Counted from the whole stretch's first letter, positions 1 to 12,051 are shown. The stretch is 63,012 nt of DNA, filler included, from Octopus bimaculoides (GCF_001194135.2; 6 parts of 5 records of this genome joined end to end with filler, not necessarily neighbours in it); one strand, 5' to 3'. Notes: generated by a model not told the origin, from the letters alone. Numbers and translations are program-made.

Positions 1-246
1 CAGCAATTAAAAATCCTTCAATCTCTGCTTTGAGTCCTGAGCTTCTCAGCCATTGCTGGGATTTTTCTCTGTCTATTTCTTTCGCATTTAGTTTAGCCCA
101 GTATTTACCATGTAGGGGCTTTTCTTGCCATCGTTTTATCATGGTCCGTTGCTGTTCTAGTTTTAGTTTGGATTTCATTTGTTTTATAGCTTTTGTTGTT
201 TCTTCTTCTTCTTCTTCGTATTTGTTAGGTAGATTGATTTCTTGTA

Positions 247-250
<4 letters not shown>
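1..250 (-). mobile_element. R4/Dong-like (RLE-type) non-LTR retrotransposon fragment, post-RT region
   Basis: Minus frame reads ...RWQEKPLHGKYWAKLNAKEIDREKSQQWLRSSGLKAEIEGFLIA, the W-x2-KPLHG / WL-x4-LKxExEGxxxA signature. 5'-truncated against a (TAA)n tract; continues off the window edge. Confidence 0.8.

Positions 251-311
<61 letters not shown>
250..311. repeat. (TTA)n microsatellite
   Basis: About 20 TTA units. Confidence 0.95.
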
Positions 312-831
312 TATATGTATTTTTATAGTATTTTGAAAACTGTCTTTAATAATAATATTAATATTGATATTTTGTATTTATTAATATTTATTTGAACTCT
401 CTCCATTCAATAATTAAATGTATTTTTCATTATATAGTCTTATTGTTGCAGCTTGTACCTTAACTTACTTAACAAGTATATATAGTAAGGCCTACAAGGA
501 TTATTTATTTTCAAATTGCATAAAATGATGTATTTAGTACTTTAACTTTAATTTTATAATTGATTTTATTTTCAGTTTAATTTTGCTTAGCCTACTAATT
601 TGTACCCCCTAAATTACACACTTCATTCCTTCTTTTAACAATTTTTATATTTGTATCCAACATGCCAAACACATAGTTGTGTGTTATGCATATATATACC
701 CTTGGTTCCCAAACTTTTTCAAAAATTTTCATCCTATGGACCCACCCCTGCCCCAAAATGAAAAAATCAGAGAAGACTTTGTATAAAACAATTTTTCATG
801 AGATTAAATTTTACTTATAAAATAAAAAATT

Positions 832-2452
832 TCAATGAGAGGAGGGAATTTGCTTGGTCTGTAATATGTCCTCAATATTTGGCTGCATTTTTGATAATGC
901 GACCCTCATGTCATGCGCAACATTCAGTTTATTGCAAGCCTTTGTTTTAATTGCGAGTAAAGTTGCAAGTTGATGAACTGTTCTTGAATGACGTAATCTT
1001 CTGACAGAAGGTCAACAACAGAGATTGCAAAGGGATTGGTGATGAAATGATGAACTTTTTTTAAGTTTTATAGGTCGGCGAATTTCAGTGTAAAGAATGC
1101 TGTTTCATTACATCAAGAATGTCAGCATCAGCTCAAAGGCCATTTTCATCAAGGAAAGTATTGAGGTTTAGAAATGGTGCAAAATTCTCACATTCCCACA
1201 AATGGGGCTTCATTTGAAATGCAGTCATTTTTTTCATGATAGTGGACAAAGGTGATGTCCTTTCTTTGTAGTGCTAAGTTAACAGAATTAACTGATTCAA
1301 AAATGTTGACCAAAAAGGCGAGGCATATAAGGAACTGAGTATTGGAGAATTGTCTGTGCTGTTCTTTTTAGCACCACGAAGAAACTTGTGTGTCTCCTTT
1401 CATAAAATGAGGACTCTTTTCAGTACTCTCCCCTTGGATAACCACCTTACATGTGAGTACAGTAAAAGCATTTAAAAATTGACCTTGTACATTGTCCTTG
1501 CACAAGTCATCAAAAAGACGTGAGTTCAGAGCATTGGCTTTGATAAAATTTACCGCTTTGACCACATCATTCAAAACATTCTTCAAATGGTTGGGCATTG
1601 TTTTAACCATCAATGCTTGGTGATGAAGTATACAATGCATACCAATTGCGTTAGGACACTTCTCCTTCACCATTGTCTGAAAACCAGAGCAGCAGCCAAG
1701 CATTGCTGGAGCACTGTCAGTGCACATGCTAGCAACATACTCCCAGTTTATGCCATGCGTGTTAAAGAATTGATCCACTTTCTGGAATATATCGTTTGCA
1801 GTGGTTCAGGTGTTGAGGGTTTTGCAAGAAAGGAATTCATCTTCCAGGTGCTTGTTATGCATGTAACGTACATAAACACAAATTTGTGCTACATCCACCA
1901 TGTCAGTGGTTTCATCAATTTGGATGGTGACATAGTTAAACATTGATGTTTTTATCTTTGAGATGACCTGAGACAAAATATTATCAGGCATCTCAGTGAT
2001 TCGTTGACTGACGGTGTTGTTGGAAAGTGAAACATGTTTAAGCTTCTGTAGTTCAGACGTTCGGAGCACAAGTGAGATTATATCTTTGCAGTAAGGAAGA
2101 ACTAACTGCTCTCTAATGTTATGAGTTTTTTTTTTGTAGCAGCAATTTTCCTTGAAACCTCGTAGGAGGTTTTCAGACCAGCTGCAATGTCCTGCGTACA
2201 CGCTCCTGTGTCATCAAGCCTGGATTTGTCCAATCTGTCAGCTTGGCATCTGAACAATTCCTTGTCTTTGTTGACTGCACTGGGATGTTTTGTTTCCAAA
2301 TGCCTCTTTATCCTGCTGGGATTCAGTGAAGAAGCTGCCAATACCTCAGAGAACAGAACATACTATGGTTTTTCTATTCCACCTGCAGTAAGCACAGTGA
2401 AACTGAAGCTCAAATATGACTCATCATATCTCCTTTTCTTTGTAAAAGACAT
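832..2452 (-). pseudogene. Buster-type hAT transposase, frameshifted and internally deleted
   Basis: MSFTKKRRYDESYL, SLNPSRIKRHLETKHP, QIDETTD, MCTDSAPAMLG, HCILHHQAL, VNFIKANALNSRLF and C-terminal HDMRVALS...KQIPSSH*. Confidence 0.9.
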
Positions 2453-2584
2453 TTTACAAATAAATATGATAACAATATGTAAATGTTGTGCTGTAAATGC
2501 ACAACATTTTTGTACTATTTCACTCTGTTGGGAAAACTTTGTTACTTTTATCAGTATAAATATATATATAATGTCATCCATCAT

Positions 2585-2848
2585 TTTGAATCCGAGTTTT
2601 GTCCCTGTTAATGGGGGTGGCCAGATCTACCTCAATGTCATAGCAATTGCCCTCACACCATCTTGCCATCTTGCCTGGTTTTGGGTGTCCTCCCTTCTCA
2701 AGCCAACCCTCCCAATCTTCTCCTCTGCCTGTTCCCTCCACATTTTCCTTGGTCTACCTCACTTTTGCTGTCCATTTACCTCAAACTCTAGCACCTTCTT
2801 CAGAACATGCTCCTTATCCCTCTTCATGCCACCGCACTCCATTCGCCT
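2585..2848 (-). mobile_element. RTE-clade LINE 3' fragment inside the hAT element
   Basis: Minus frame ...VLEFEVNGQQK*GRPRKMWRE...RREDTQNQARWQDGVRAIA, the RTE C-terminal GRP-x2-W motif; truncated at (TA)n. Confidence 0.7.
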
Positions 2849-3153
2849 ATATATATATATATATATATATATGGTATTTTCAAAGCACCATAGATCCTTA
2901 TTCATACAGAAGTTACTTTGAAATTGGTTAATTTTGTTTTACTTCAATATCTTCATTTTAGTCATTCAGTTGGACTTAGATCAAATTTCTTACCATTGTA
3001 ATACCTTGTAGCTACTGTAAAAAAGTTCAACTAAAAGTTGCTAGACACTTTACGTAAAATGTATGTCTACTAGCTTGTCTTTTTATTGGCTTATTAGGTC
3101 CCTATTTATTGATGCAAAATACAAACATAAAAAGTAAAATTAAGAATGAACAA

Positions 3154-3556
3154 GCGTAGGAGTGGCTGTGTGGTAAGTAGCTTGTTTACCAACCACATGG
3201 TTCCGGGTTCATTCCCATTGCATGGCACCTTGGGCAAGTGTCTTCTACTATAGCCTCAGGCCAACCAAAGCCTTGTGAGTGGACTTGGTAGACGGAAACT
3301 GAAAGAAGCCCGTCGTATATATGCATATATATGTATGTGTGTATATGTTTGTTTCTGTGTTTGTCCTCCCAGCATCGTTTGACAACCGATGGTGGTATGT
3401 TTATGTCCCCATAACTTAGCGGTTCTGCAAAAGTGACCAGTAGAATAAGTACTAGGCTTCCAAAGAATAAGTCCTGGGGTTGATTTGCTCAACTAAAAGG
3501 TGGTGCTCCAGCATGGCCGCAGTCAAATGACTGAAACAAGTAAAAGAGTAAAAGAG
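3154..3556 (+). mobile_element. tRNA-derived SINE family A, CORE-like, with internal TA/TG microsatellite; full length
   Basis: A/B-box-like head, CORE-like CCTTGGGCAAGTGTCTT, internal microsatellite, tail GACTGAAACAAGTAAAAGAGTAAAAGAG; about 11 related copies in the window. Confidence 0.85.
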
Positions 3557-3692
3557 TTGCGATGATAAATATGTCAAAAATATAGGCGTTCATAAACGTG
3601 TGATGGTGAAAACAAATTGCAACCTCTTCATAAACCACTCTTATGGACTATGTCATCAATGAGCCAGTGTCACAACAGCTTAGAATATACCC

Positions 3693-4251
3693 CTGCCCAG
3701 ACTATACCCCCTCTAGACAGCCAGCCCAGAACATACCCCTGTCCAGACTATACACTGTGCTTGTGGACAGATAACACAGATGTACCTCACCTATAAAAGT
3801 TACCCCAGAACATATATAAAATTTGATATCAATCGATTAAGAATCAAAAGTTACATGTAAATTTCGATTTAGACATAGCAATTTAGAATTATCAAATGCA
3901 AATATTCAATGTACCCAATGTATAGGTAGATTGTAAAAAAAGTCGATGACTCGCGCATGCTGCGCAGCAAACCTATGCTATGAATCATAGCTTTGACTCA
4001 CGCAAATGTGGCCATTCGTGTTGGGTTTATATCAGTACATTTTAAAGTATTTTGCATTTGATAATTCTAAATTGCTGTGTTTAAATCGAAATTTACATGT
4101 AACTTTTAATTCTTCATTGAGTGATATCAAATTTCCTGAGGCAACTTTTATAAGTGAGGTACATCTGTGTTATTTGTTTGCAAGCATGGGATATAGTCTG
4201 GACAGGAGTATATTCTGGCCTTGTTGTCTGGAGGGGGTATAGTCTGGGCAG
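3693..4251. repeat. Fold-back / MITE-like inverted repeat, arms about 220 bp
   Basis: 3693-~3913 is the reverse complement of ~4036-4251, e.g. CTGCCCAGACTATACCCCCTC / GAGGGGGTATAGTCTGGGCAG and AAAGTTACATGTAAATTTCGATTT / AAATCGAAATTTACATGTAACTTT. Confidence 0.9.
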
Positions 4252-4603
4252 TTACACCACTAATTTCAAATCCTGTTTAGACCTGTTGTGTCCTGCAACA
4301 ATTGATAAAGCTGCAAAGAGATGCCTACATTCAATTATGTGTGTGTATGCCCTGTGCACATTACAATGCTTCACCTCAAATGCATTCGATCTCTAAGGAT
4401 TTTTCTAATATGTAGTGTGTGCATGTTCAATGGTTCCAGTTTTAGCTAAAACCGGTAAACTTAGGGTTTACAGTATTAAAAATCTGAAAATTGGCGACCC
4501 CTTTATGGACCCCTAAAATCACTTCACGGATCCCAGTTTGGGAACCAAGGATATATACTGATGCATGAATATTTATATATGTGTATGTATATATATGTGT
4601 ATG

Positions 4604-4659
<56 letters not shown>

Positions 4660-4860
4660 TGTGTGTGTGTAAGTATGCATATGTATGTCTGTGTATATGT
4701 ATGTACATATGGGCATGTGTAGATACACAAGGTTACTCTGTAACATCTTTTGCCGATGCTCCCAGACGATGAAGTAGGCTAGCCCAATATGTAGATATAT
4801 AGGGAGAGGTCTAGACGTCGAGGTAGTTGAGTAGAGGTCACCTAAACGTGCGATATAACA

Positions 4861-4874
4861 GTGGTGACGAGGAT
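4861..4874 (+). promoter_or_regulatory. Primer-binding site, tRNA-Ser(GCT)-like
   Basis: TGGTGACGAGGAT immediately after the LTR end, one mismatch to TGGCGACGAGGAT, the complement of the tRNA-Ser(GCT) 3' end; second copy at 4918-4928. Confidence 0.75.
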
Positions 4875-4945
4875 TTTGTGGCTCACACAGTGACTGTGTA
4901 GTATTGTGGTATAACAGTGGCGACGAGGTTTCGAATAGTACCGAA

Positions 4946-7900
4946 ATGGAAGAGTTACTGAAAGCAGTTGTAAAACAACAAGAGCAGCAGCAGCAGCAAC
5001 TACAGAAGTTAACATAATTGCTACTGCAGTCGAGAAATACAACAGAATCATTTTCAGCAGATGGTGTTGCAAATTCCATCAAAGAATTTCACTACAAGCC
5101 GGATGAAGATTTGAGATACTGATAAAAATTGAGATACTGGTAAAACAGTGTAGGGGATGCACTATGGCAGCAAAGGCGCCCTCAGTGCAGATTCAGCCAT
5201 GGCCAAATACTTACACTTTTGCTGCATGTTACAGACGATACGAAGACATATTCCAAGAGGAATGCAAGGGATGGTGTAGTGAAAGGAAGGTAAGGCTCCT
5301 TTTGCGAAAGCTTGCTACTCTGGAACACGTAAGTTTTTGTAACTTTATTTTGCCAAGAAAACCTGTGGAATTGTTTTGATGAAACAATAAATATTTTGAC
5401 GAATATTTTTAGCGAGAAAAGTTCACAGTTTAACATTCAATGGGAATGTTTAAATTCAAAGTAAATAGAAGACAAGAATAATAATGTACAAATGTGTAAA
5501 AAAAGTAGAGAAAGAAGGAAAAATTTACATTCAAAATGGTGCTATGGTTGCAGAGATCGACATTTGAGAAAAGATTGCCCCCTTTAAAGATAAAACCTGT
5601 TTTAAGTGTGGTAAAATTGGACATATACAGACGAAATGCCGGTCAAAGAAAATGGTAAAACAGAAGAAAGTCTACGCAACAAAAGTAAATTATATCAGAC
5701 AAAACCGAAAATTTGTGTTGGTAGAAATAAATGGGTTTCAGACCAAAATGCAATTAGATACCGGTTCAGATGTATCGATAATAAATACGGCAACATGGAG
5801 TAATATAGGCAGGCTGTTGTATAAAAAAACTATTAGGATAGCCCACGGTGTGTCAGGGGAACGAGTTCAATTCTTGGGCGAAATTTCACCAGTAATANNN
5901 NNNNNNNNNNNNNNNNNNNNNNNNNNNNNNNNNNNNNNNNNNAACTTAAAAACAGGACGTGGAAATGTAAACTAATGGCATCTAAGAATACAATGAATCT
6001 GTTTGGGACAGATTTAATGGAAGGATTCGACCTGTGGGATCTATCACTGAATATATTGTGTAACAAGGTGAATGCATCACTGCCCGTGTCAGAGAAAGCG
6101 TGGAAAAAAATGAAATTAAAATTGAAAAAGATGTACTCTGATATTTTTTCGAAAGAGCTCGGTATGTGTAAAAAAATTAAAGTAAAGTTTGAGTTAAAAG
6201 AAAATGCGGTACCGGTGTTCAAACCGAAAAGGAATGTACCTTTTGCGGTGTTAAATCAAGTTGAGAAGGAATTAAAAAGATTGGAAGACATGGAAGTAAT
6301 TGCAAAAGTAGACTACTCTGAATGGGCGGCTCCTATGGTATATATAAAAAAGAAGAACAATGAGGTAAGAGTATGTGCGGACTTCTCAGCTGGTCTTAAT
6401 GATTGTTTAAAAAATTACAATTACCCGCTTCCAAACCCAGAAGAAATATTTGCTAAGTGCAATGGTGGGAAAAATTTTTCCAAGCTGGATTTGTCAGAGG
6501 CCTACCTCCAATTACTGGTAGATGAAGAATGTGCTAAAGTATTAACAATCAATACTCATAAAGGTCTGTACCATTTCAAAAGACTGCCATTTGGGGTAAA
6601 GGTTGCACCAGCAATATTTCAGCAAGTGATGGATACTATGCTAGCAGATTGTGAGTTCGCGGTCCCATACTTGGATGACATATTGATCAAAACTGAATCA
6701 AGGGACCAACATATTGAACATATATAAGAAGTTTTCAAACGAATATGTGATTACGGATTTAAAGTAAGTGAGAATAAATGTGAATCTTTTTTGATGAAGA
6801 TAAAGTACTTAGGACAGGTGATCGATGAAAATGGACGAAAACCAGACCCTTCTAGGATTGACGCAATAAAAAAAAAATGCCTGCTCCCACTAACAAAACA
6901 CTACAAGTATTTTTAGGTTTGGTAAGTTATTACCAGTTGTACATACCTAAAATGTATGAGCTAAGAGCTCCATTGCATAAGTTGCTAAAGAAGGACTCGA
7001 AATGGAGCTGGACAAACGAATGTCAGAAATCATTCGAGGAATTAAAAAAGTGGTTAACATCTGAGTTATCATTAACTCATTTCGACCCAAATCTGAAAAT
7101 AATTGTGGCATCCGATGCCAGTGAATATGGCATAGGAGCTGTGATATTGCATAAATTTAATGATGGTAAAATCAAAGCTATTGCACATGCATCGAGAGTT
7201 CTATTACCAGTAGAAAGAAACTACAGCCAGATTGAAAAAGAGGCATTATCATTAATCTTTGCAGTAAAAAAATTCCATAAATTCTTACATGGGAGGAAGT
7301 TTACACTGCAAACAGATCACCGACTGTTATTGTCTATTTTTGGTTTGAAAAAGGGTATCCCAATGCACTCAGCAAACCACTTACAGCGCTGGGGGACTAC
7401 TCTGTTGAACTACGATTTTCAGATGGAGTTTTTGCCATCAATGAAAATGGGACACACAGACGGGTTGTCTAGGCTGATTCCAAAATATGAGGAACCTTTT
7501 GAAGACACAGTGATTGCATTGTTAAAACTAGAAAAGTAACTGAAGAACATTTTGTGCAATGATTTGCTGGTAACGCTCAAAATCGGGAAATGATAGGTTC
7601 ATAAATAAGATTTTAAAAATGTTGAGTAACACGGAAAATATAAATGAGCGGGACGCAGGTTCAAAGCACTATTCAGTATGTGATGAGGTATTATATGCAC
7701 AAAGAGTGGTAATACCTGAAGCACTGCAAAACAGAGTATTAAAAAACTTCCATGTAGGACATCTGGGGATTGTCCGGATGAAGAGCCTCATGAAGAGTTA
7801 CGTTTATTGACTGAATATGGACAAGCAAATTGAGATACTGGTAAAACAGTGTAGGGGATGCACTATGGCAGCAAAGGCGCTCCCAGTGCAGATTGAGTTG

Positions 7901-8846
7901 TGGCGAAAAACAGATTCGGCATGGTCTAGACTACATGTGGATTTCGCAGGACCAATAAATGGCTCTCATTATATCATTGTGGTGGATAGCTATTCCAAAT
8001 GACCTGAAGTGTGTAAATGTTCAAGGCCAACCACAAGTGTGACGATTGACTTCTTGGAAGAACTGTTCGCTCGTTATGGAGTGCCAGATGCAACTGTGTC
8101 AGATAATGGTACACAATTCAGGGCGAAGGAGTTTGAAAGATTTTGTAAGTCGGTTCAGATGAAGCATGTGTTAACTCCGCCATACCATCCAAGGTCAAAT
8201 GGGTTAGCAGAAAGATTCGTCAACACATTCAAGAGAGCCTTAAGGAAGACCAGATGGGAAATCCTTGAAGATACAAATATGACAAAGTTTTTGCAGGTGT
8301 ATAGAATAACACCAAATCCAAATGCAGAGTCGGGTAGGTCACCTGCAGATTTGNNNNNNNNNNTATAGAATAACACCAAATCCAAATGCAGAGTCGGGTA
8401 GGTCACCTGCAGATTTGATGTTTTCCAGAAAAATTCGTTCTATTTTTGACAAATGGTTGCCAAGCAGGAAACAGAAAATAGAAAATTCGGGAAGAAAAAC
8501 GTAATTTTTTAACACAGGTGACAAAGTGTATTTTAAAGTATATAGTAATGGAAAACAGGACTGGGAACAAAGAAATATAACTGGACATCTGGGTAACATG
8601 ATGTACATGGTAAAAGGACCAAAATATGAACACAGAAAGCATTTAAACCAATTAAAAAAAAGATATACCAAAAACCAAGAGAGGTAAGAAGAACCAATGG
8701 ATTCATGGTATGATTTGTTCGAGGTCCCAGAACCACAAGCAAAAGCAGAACCGACACATAGGTCAAACAAGAAGAGAAAACCTACAGAAATGATGGAAAT
8801 TAACGCTAAGAGGGAAAGATATGCCAGTTTCTCACCGAGGAAATAA
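4946..8846 (+). pseudogene. gag-pol of the Mag-type element, with stops and frameshifts
   Basis: Gag RRYEDIF...KVRLLLRKL, two CCHC knuckles (CYGCRDRHLRKDC, CFKCGKIGHIQTKC), protease LDTGS, RT YLDD, RNase H SDASEYGIG / ERNYSQIEKEAL, integrase HHCC, HVDFAGP, SDNGTQF, SNGLAERFV. Confidence 0.93.
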
Positions 8847-9188
8847 AATTGATAAATTTGGGTTTAAGAAACTCAAAAGGGGGAGTTGTTGTGTCAACGC
8901 TCCCAGACGATGAAGTAGGCTAGCCCAATACGTAGATATATAGGGAGAAGTGTAGACGTCGAGGTAGTTGAGTAGAGGTCATCCGAACGTGCGATATAAC
9001 ACATCTCATCTCTTTCTTCTTTTCCTCTCTCTTTTTATTTTCTGATTTGCTACTAACTGATAGACACGACAATGTCAAAATTGAAATGGTCTCTTTTCTT
9101 ATCTTTCTTGTCTTGTTTTTTTCCTTTTTCTCCTCTGTTTCTTGTTTTTTCTTCTTTCTTTAACTAGTGACAGCAAATGTTGTGCATG

Positions 9189-11110
9189 TCATCATCATCA
9201 TTTAACATCCGTTGTCCATGCTGGCATGGGTTGGATAGTTTGATCAGGGCCAGCAAGCTGAAAGGTTACACCAGACTGTTTTGGCATGGTTTCTGTGGCT
9301 GGATGCCCTTCCTAATGTCAACCACTCCGAGATTGTAATGGGTGCTTTTATGTGCCACTGGCACAGGCGCCATTTGGGTAACACCGGTATCTGCCATGAC
9401 TGTGATTTTACGTGGCTTCATGGGTCTTCTTGTCAAGCATGGCATAATGCCAAATGGACCCAGTCATTGCCTCTGTGAGGCCCAATGCTCAAAAATCGGC
9501 ATGATGCCAAATGGTCTCAGTTCTTGCCTCTGCGAAGCCCAATGCTCAAAAGGGGTTTTTATGTACTATCAGCAAGGGTGCCATTTACACGACACCGGGA
9601 TCTGCCATGACTGCTATTTTACTTGGCTTGATGTGTCTTCTTCTTAAGCATAACATAATGCTAAAGGTCTTGGTCATTGCCTCTGTGAGGCTCAATGCTC
9701 AAAAGGTGCTTTTTATGTGCCACCTGCATGGGTGCTGGTTATGTGACACCAGCATCAGCCATGACTGTGATTTCACTTGGCTTGATGGATCTTCTCAAGC
9801 ACAGCATATTGCCAAAGGTTTTACTCATTAGTCATTGCCTCTGTGAGGCCCAAAGTTTGGAGATCATGTTTCACCACCTCATCCTCTAATCTTTACCACA
9901 GGGTCCCACCACAGTTAGGGATCGGCACTTCTTTACACAGCTGTCCTTGGCCATATGCATCACATGACCATACCAGTGCATTCATCTCTCTTGCACACCT
10001 CATCTGATGCCTCTTATGCCGAACTTTTCTCTCATGATGTTTACTCTCTGTTGAACACACTGACATTGCACATCCAGCGAAGCATATTGGCTTCATTTCT
10101 TTCAAGCCTATGCATGTCCTCGGCTGTCACAGTCCATGTTTCACTGCCATTGTTCGCATACAGACATCATACAATCTGCCTTTCACTCAGAGAGAGGCCC
10201 TTTGTTGTCAGCAGGGGTAGGAGCTCCCTAAACTTTGCCCAACTTAATCTTATTTTGACAGCTATGCTCTCAGAGCATCTACCTCCGCTACTAACTTGAT
10301 CACCGAGGTAACAGAACCTGTCTACTACCTTTAGCTTACCCCCATGGCTGTTGATGGAGTCTATTTTCTGTACATTTTCGGTGTTTATTGTACCTGTGCA
10401 TCTACCACACACAAAAGCTATTTTCCCTGTTAACCTTCCTCTGATATTGCTGCACCTTTTATGTGTCCAAAGCTAACACCGGGTGCATCGTACAGAGTTA
10501 CTACTTACACTTTTTCTACAGATCAAACAGAGCCATCTACCTGAAAGGACTTGTGATTTGTCTGCCTTCCTACTTAGTAAGACTTTGGTTTTTGCTCGAC
10601 TCTCTAAGCCCCTTTGAATGTAGACCTTGCTTCCATACCCGGAACTTCTTCTGCAGTTCAGGTAGTGATTCAGCTATAAGAACAAGGTCATCAGCATAGA
10701 GGAGCTCCCAGGGGCAGCCTGTTATCAATTCCTCTGTTATTGCCCTATGATGAAGAAGAAGGCACTTAGGACCAATCCTTGGTGAACCGCTACTTATACC
10801 CTGAATTCTTCGTTGTACTCATTGCCAATACTCGGCTTGTTCAGCTCTCACCAGCCACTTGCCTATACCTAGTTTCTGCATTGACTACCAGATAAGGTAT
10901 CAAGGGACTCTGTCAAAAGTTTTCTCCAAGTCAACAAAAGGTAAGTATAGAGGTTTATCTTGGGCTAGGTATTTCTACTGCAGTTGCCATACCAGAAATA
11001 TAGCATTAGTGGTGCTTCCCCCGGCACAAAACCAAGCTGCTTCTCATCTAGACTAATTCTCCCCCTTATTAATTGGGCTATGACACTCTCTGTAATTTTC
11101 ATTGCCGATC
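9189..11110 (-). mobile_element. RTE-clade LINE, 5'-truncated and decayed: RT, Cys-rich insert, 3' UTR and (GAT)n tail
   Basis: Minus-frame remnants QLGFVP, FVDLEKTFDRVP, HQGLVLS, ELLYADDLVL, CLICRKSVSSNSVRCTRC*LWTHKRC; 3' UTR motif GGATGCCCTTCCTAA; (CAT)n on plus. Confidence 0.88.
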
Positions 11111-11370
11111 TGAATATTTGTCTGTGGGTTTTTGTTAGACATATATAATGTATATACGTATGCATATAAGCACATACTTATTCATGGAACTGTATGTTTA
11201 TATATGTGTATGTAGGTATCTATGTGTATACATAAGTATATATGCATATGTTTGCCTCTGTATATGTATGTATCTACTTACCTTTTGTATGTGTTTGCAC
11301 ATATATGAAAGTATGTTTGATTGTAATGTAAGTATATGGGTGTCTGTATGTGGATGTTTGTATGTATGTA

Positions 11371-11409
<39 letters not shown>

Positions 11410-11410
<1 letters not shown>

Positions 11411-12030
11411 CATAATGTGGATTTTTTTATACTTCTTTTATTTTTCAAAATTAAGATAAACAAAGTTCTTTTTTAATCTAAAATATACTCTGTACATGGC
11501 TGAGCATTATCCTGATGGAAGAACACCTTTTGTTTTGAAACCAAAGGTGGTTGTTTTTCTTCAAGCGCTAACATGATCGACTGGTTGAATGACCAAATCT
11601 AAGCTTCTCTGCTAGTTCCTCAACAGTTATGATGGGATTTTGTTCTGCCAGGGTTTGCAAGGCATATTCGTTGAGCTATACAGATCTTCTGGGGCGAGGC
11701 TCATCTTCTAGGTTCAGAATTTCTGGAACCCCCATTAAAACTGGCTTATACTTATTATCCCATCCCCATATACTGCATTAATGTTCCTTGCACTTTCCAT
11801 TGAGTTGTTGCCTTTATTGTACTCATAAATGAAAATATGCTGAATATGCTCCTTTGTCACTTCCAGTATAGCTTTGAAAAAAATAACTGCTAAATTTGAA
11901 CTGCACTCTTCAAAACTTACACTAAGAATAAGATAAGATAAATTTACTACCAGCTTTTATAGCAAGTTGATGCAGGTAGTTTATCCCATCCCACTCATAC
12001 AATTGAAAAAGCTGCATTATTCATGGGATA
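11410..12030 (-). mobile_element. Internally deleted mariner copy, same family as 61720-62992
   Basis: Reverse-complement matches to both subterminal regions and to internal blocks (GGTTCCAGAAATT..CCTAGAAGATGAG, AAAATCCCATCATAA, TTCCATCAGGATAATGCTCAGCCA). Confidence 0.85.
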
Positions 12031-12051
12031 TATCTCTATATATATATATAT

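Larger units (their letters stand above)
700..4550 (-). mobile_element. Complete Buster/Charlie-type hAT DNA transposon, decayed, with nested insertions
   Basis: Perfect 15-bp TIR CCTTGGTTCCCAAAC (700-714) / GTTTGGGAACCAAGG (4536-4550). 8-bp TSD ATATATAC at 692-699 and 4551-4558 fits the Buster nnnTAnnn preference. Confidence 0.95.
4746..9001 (+). mobile_element. Ty3/Gypsy LTR retrotransposon, Mag clade, both LTRs present
   Basis: 115-bp LTRs at 4746-4860 and 8887-9001 (6 mismatches in the last ~103 bp), PBS after the 5' LTR, PPT AAAAGGGGGGAG at 8875-8885, domain order PR-RT-RH-IN. Possible TSD CATCT (4744-4748 / 9002-9006) is tentative. Confidence 0.93.

Noticed and set aside
3154-3230. tRNA-like heads here and in other SINE copies
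   Set aside because: A/B boxes run into SINE bodies with no full cloverleaf; not tRNA genes
8300-8417. 54-bp direct repeat in the integrase
   Set aside because: Exact copies flanking a 10-N gap; unmerged contig overlap
9381-9850. Repeat-spacer-like periodicity suggesting CRISPR
   Set aside because: Long diverged tandem units inside a LINE 3' UTR, no unique spacers, eukaryotic context
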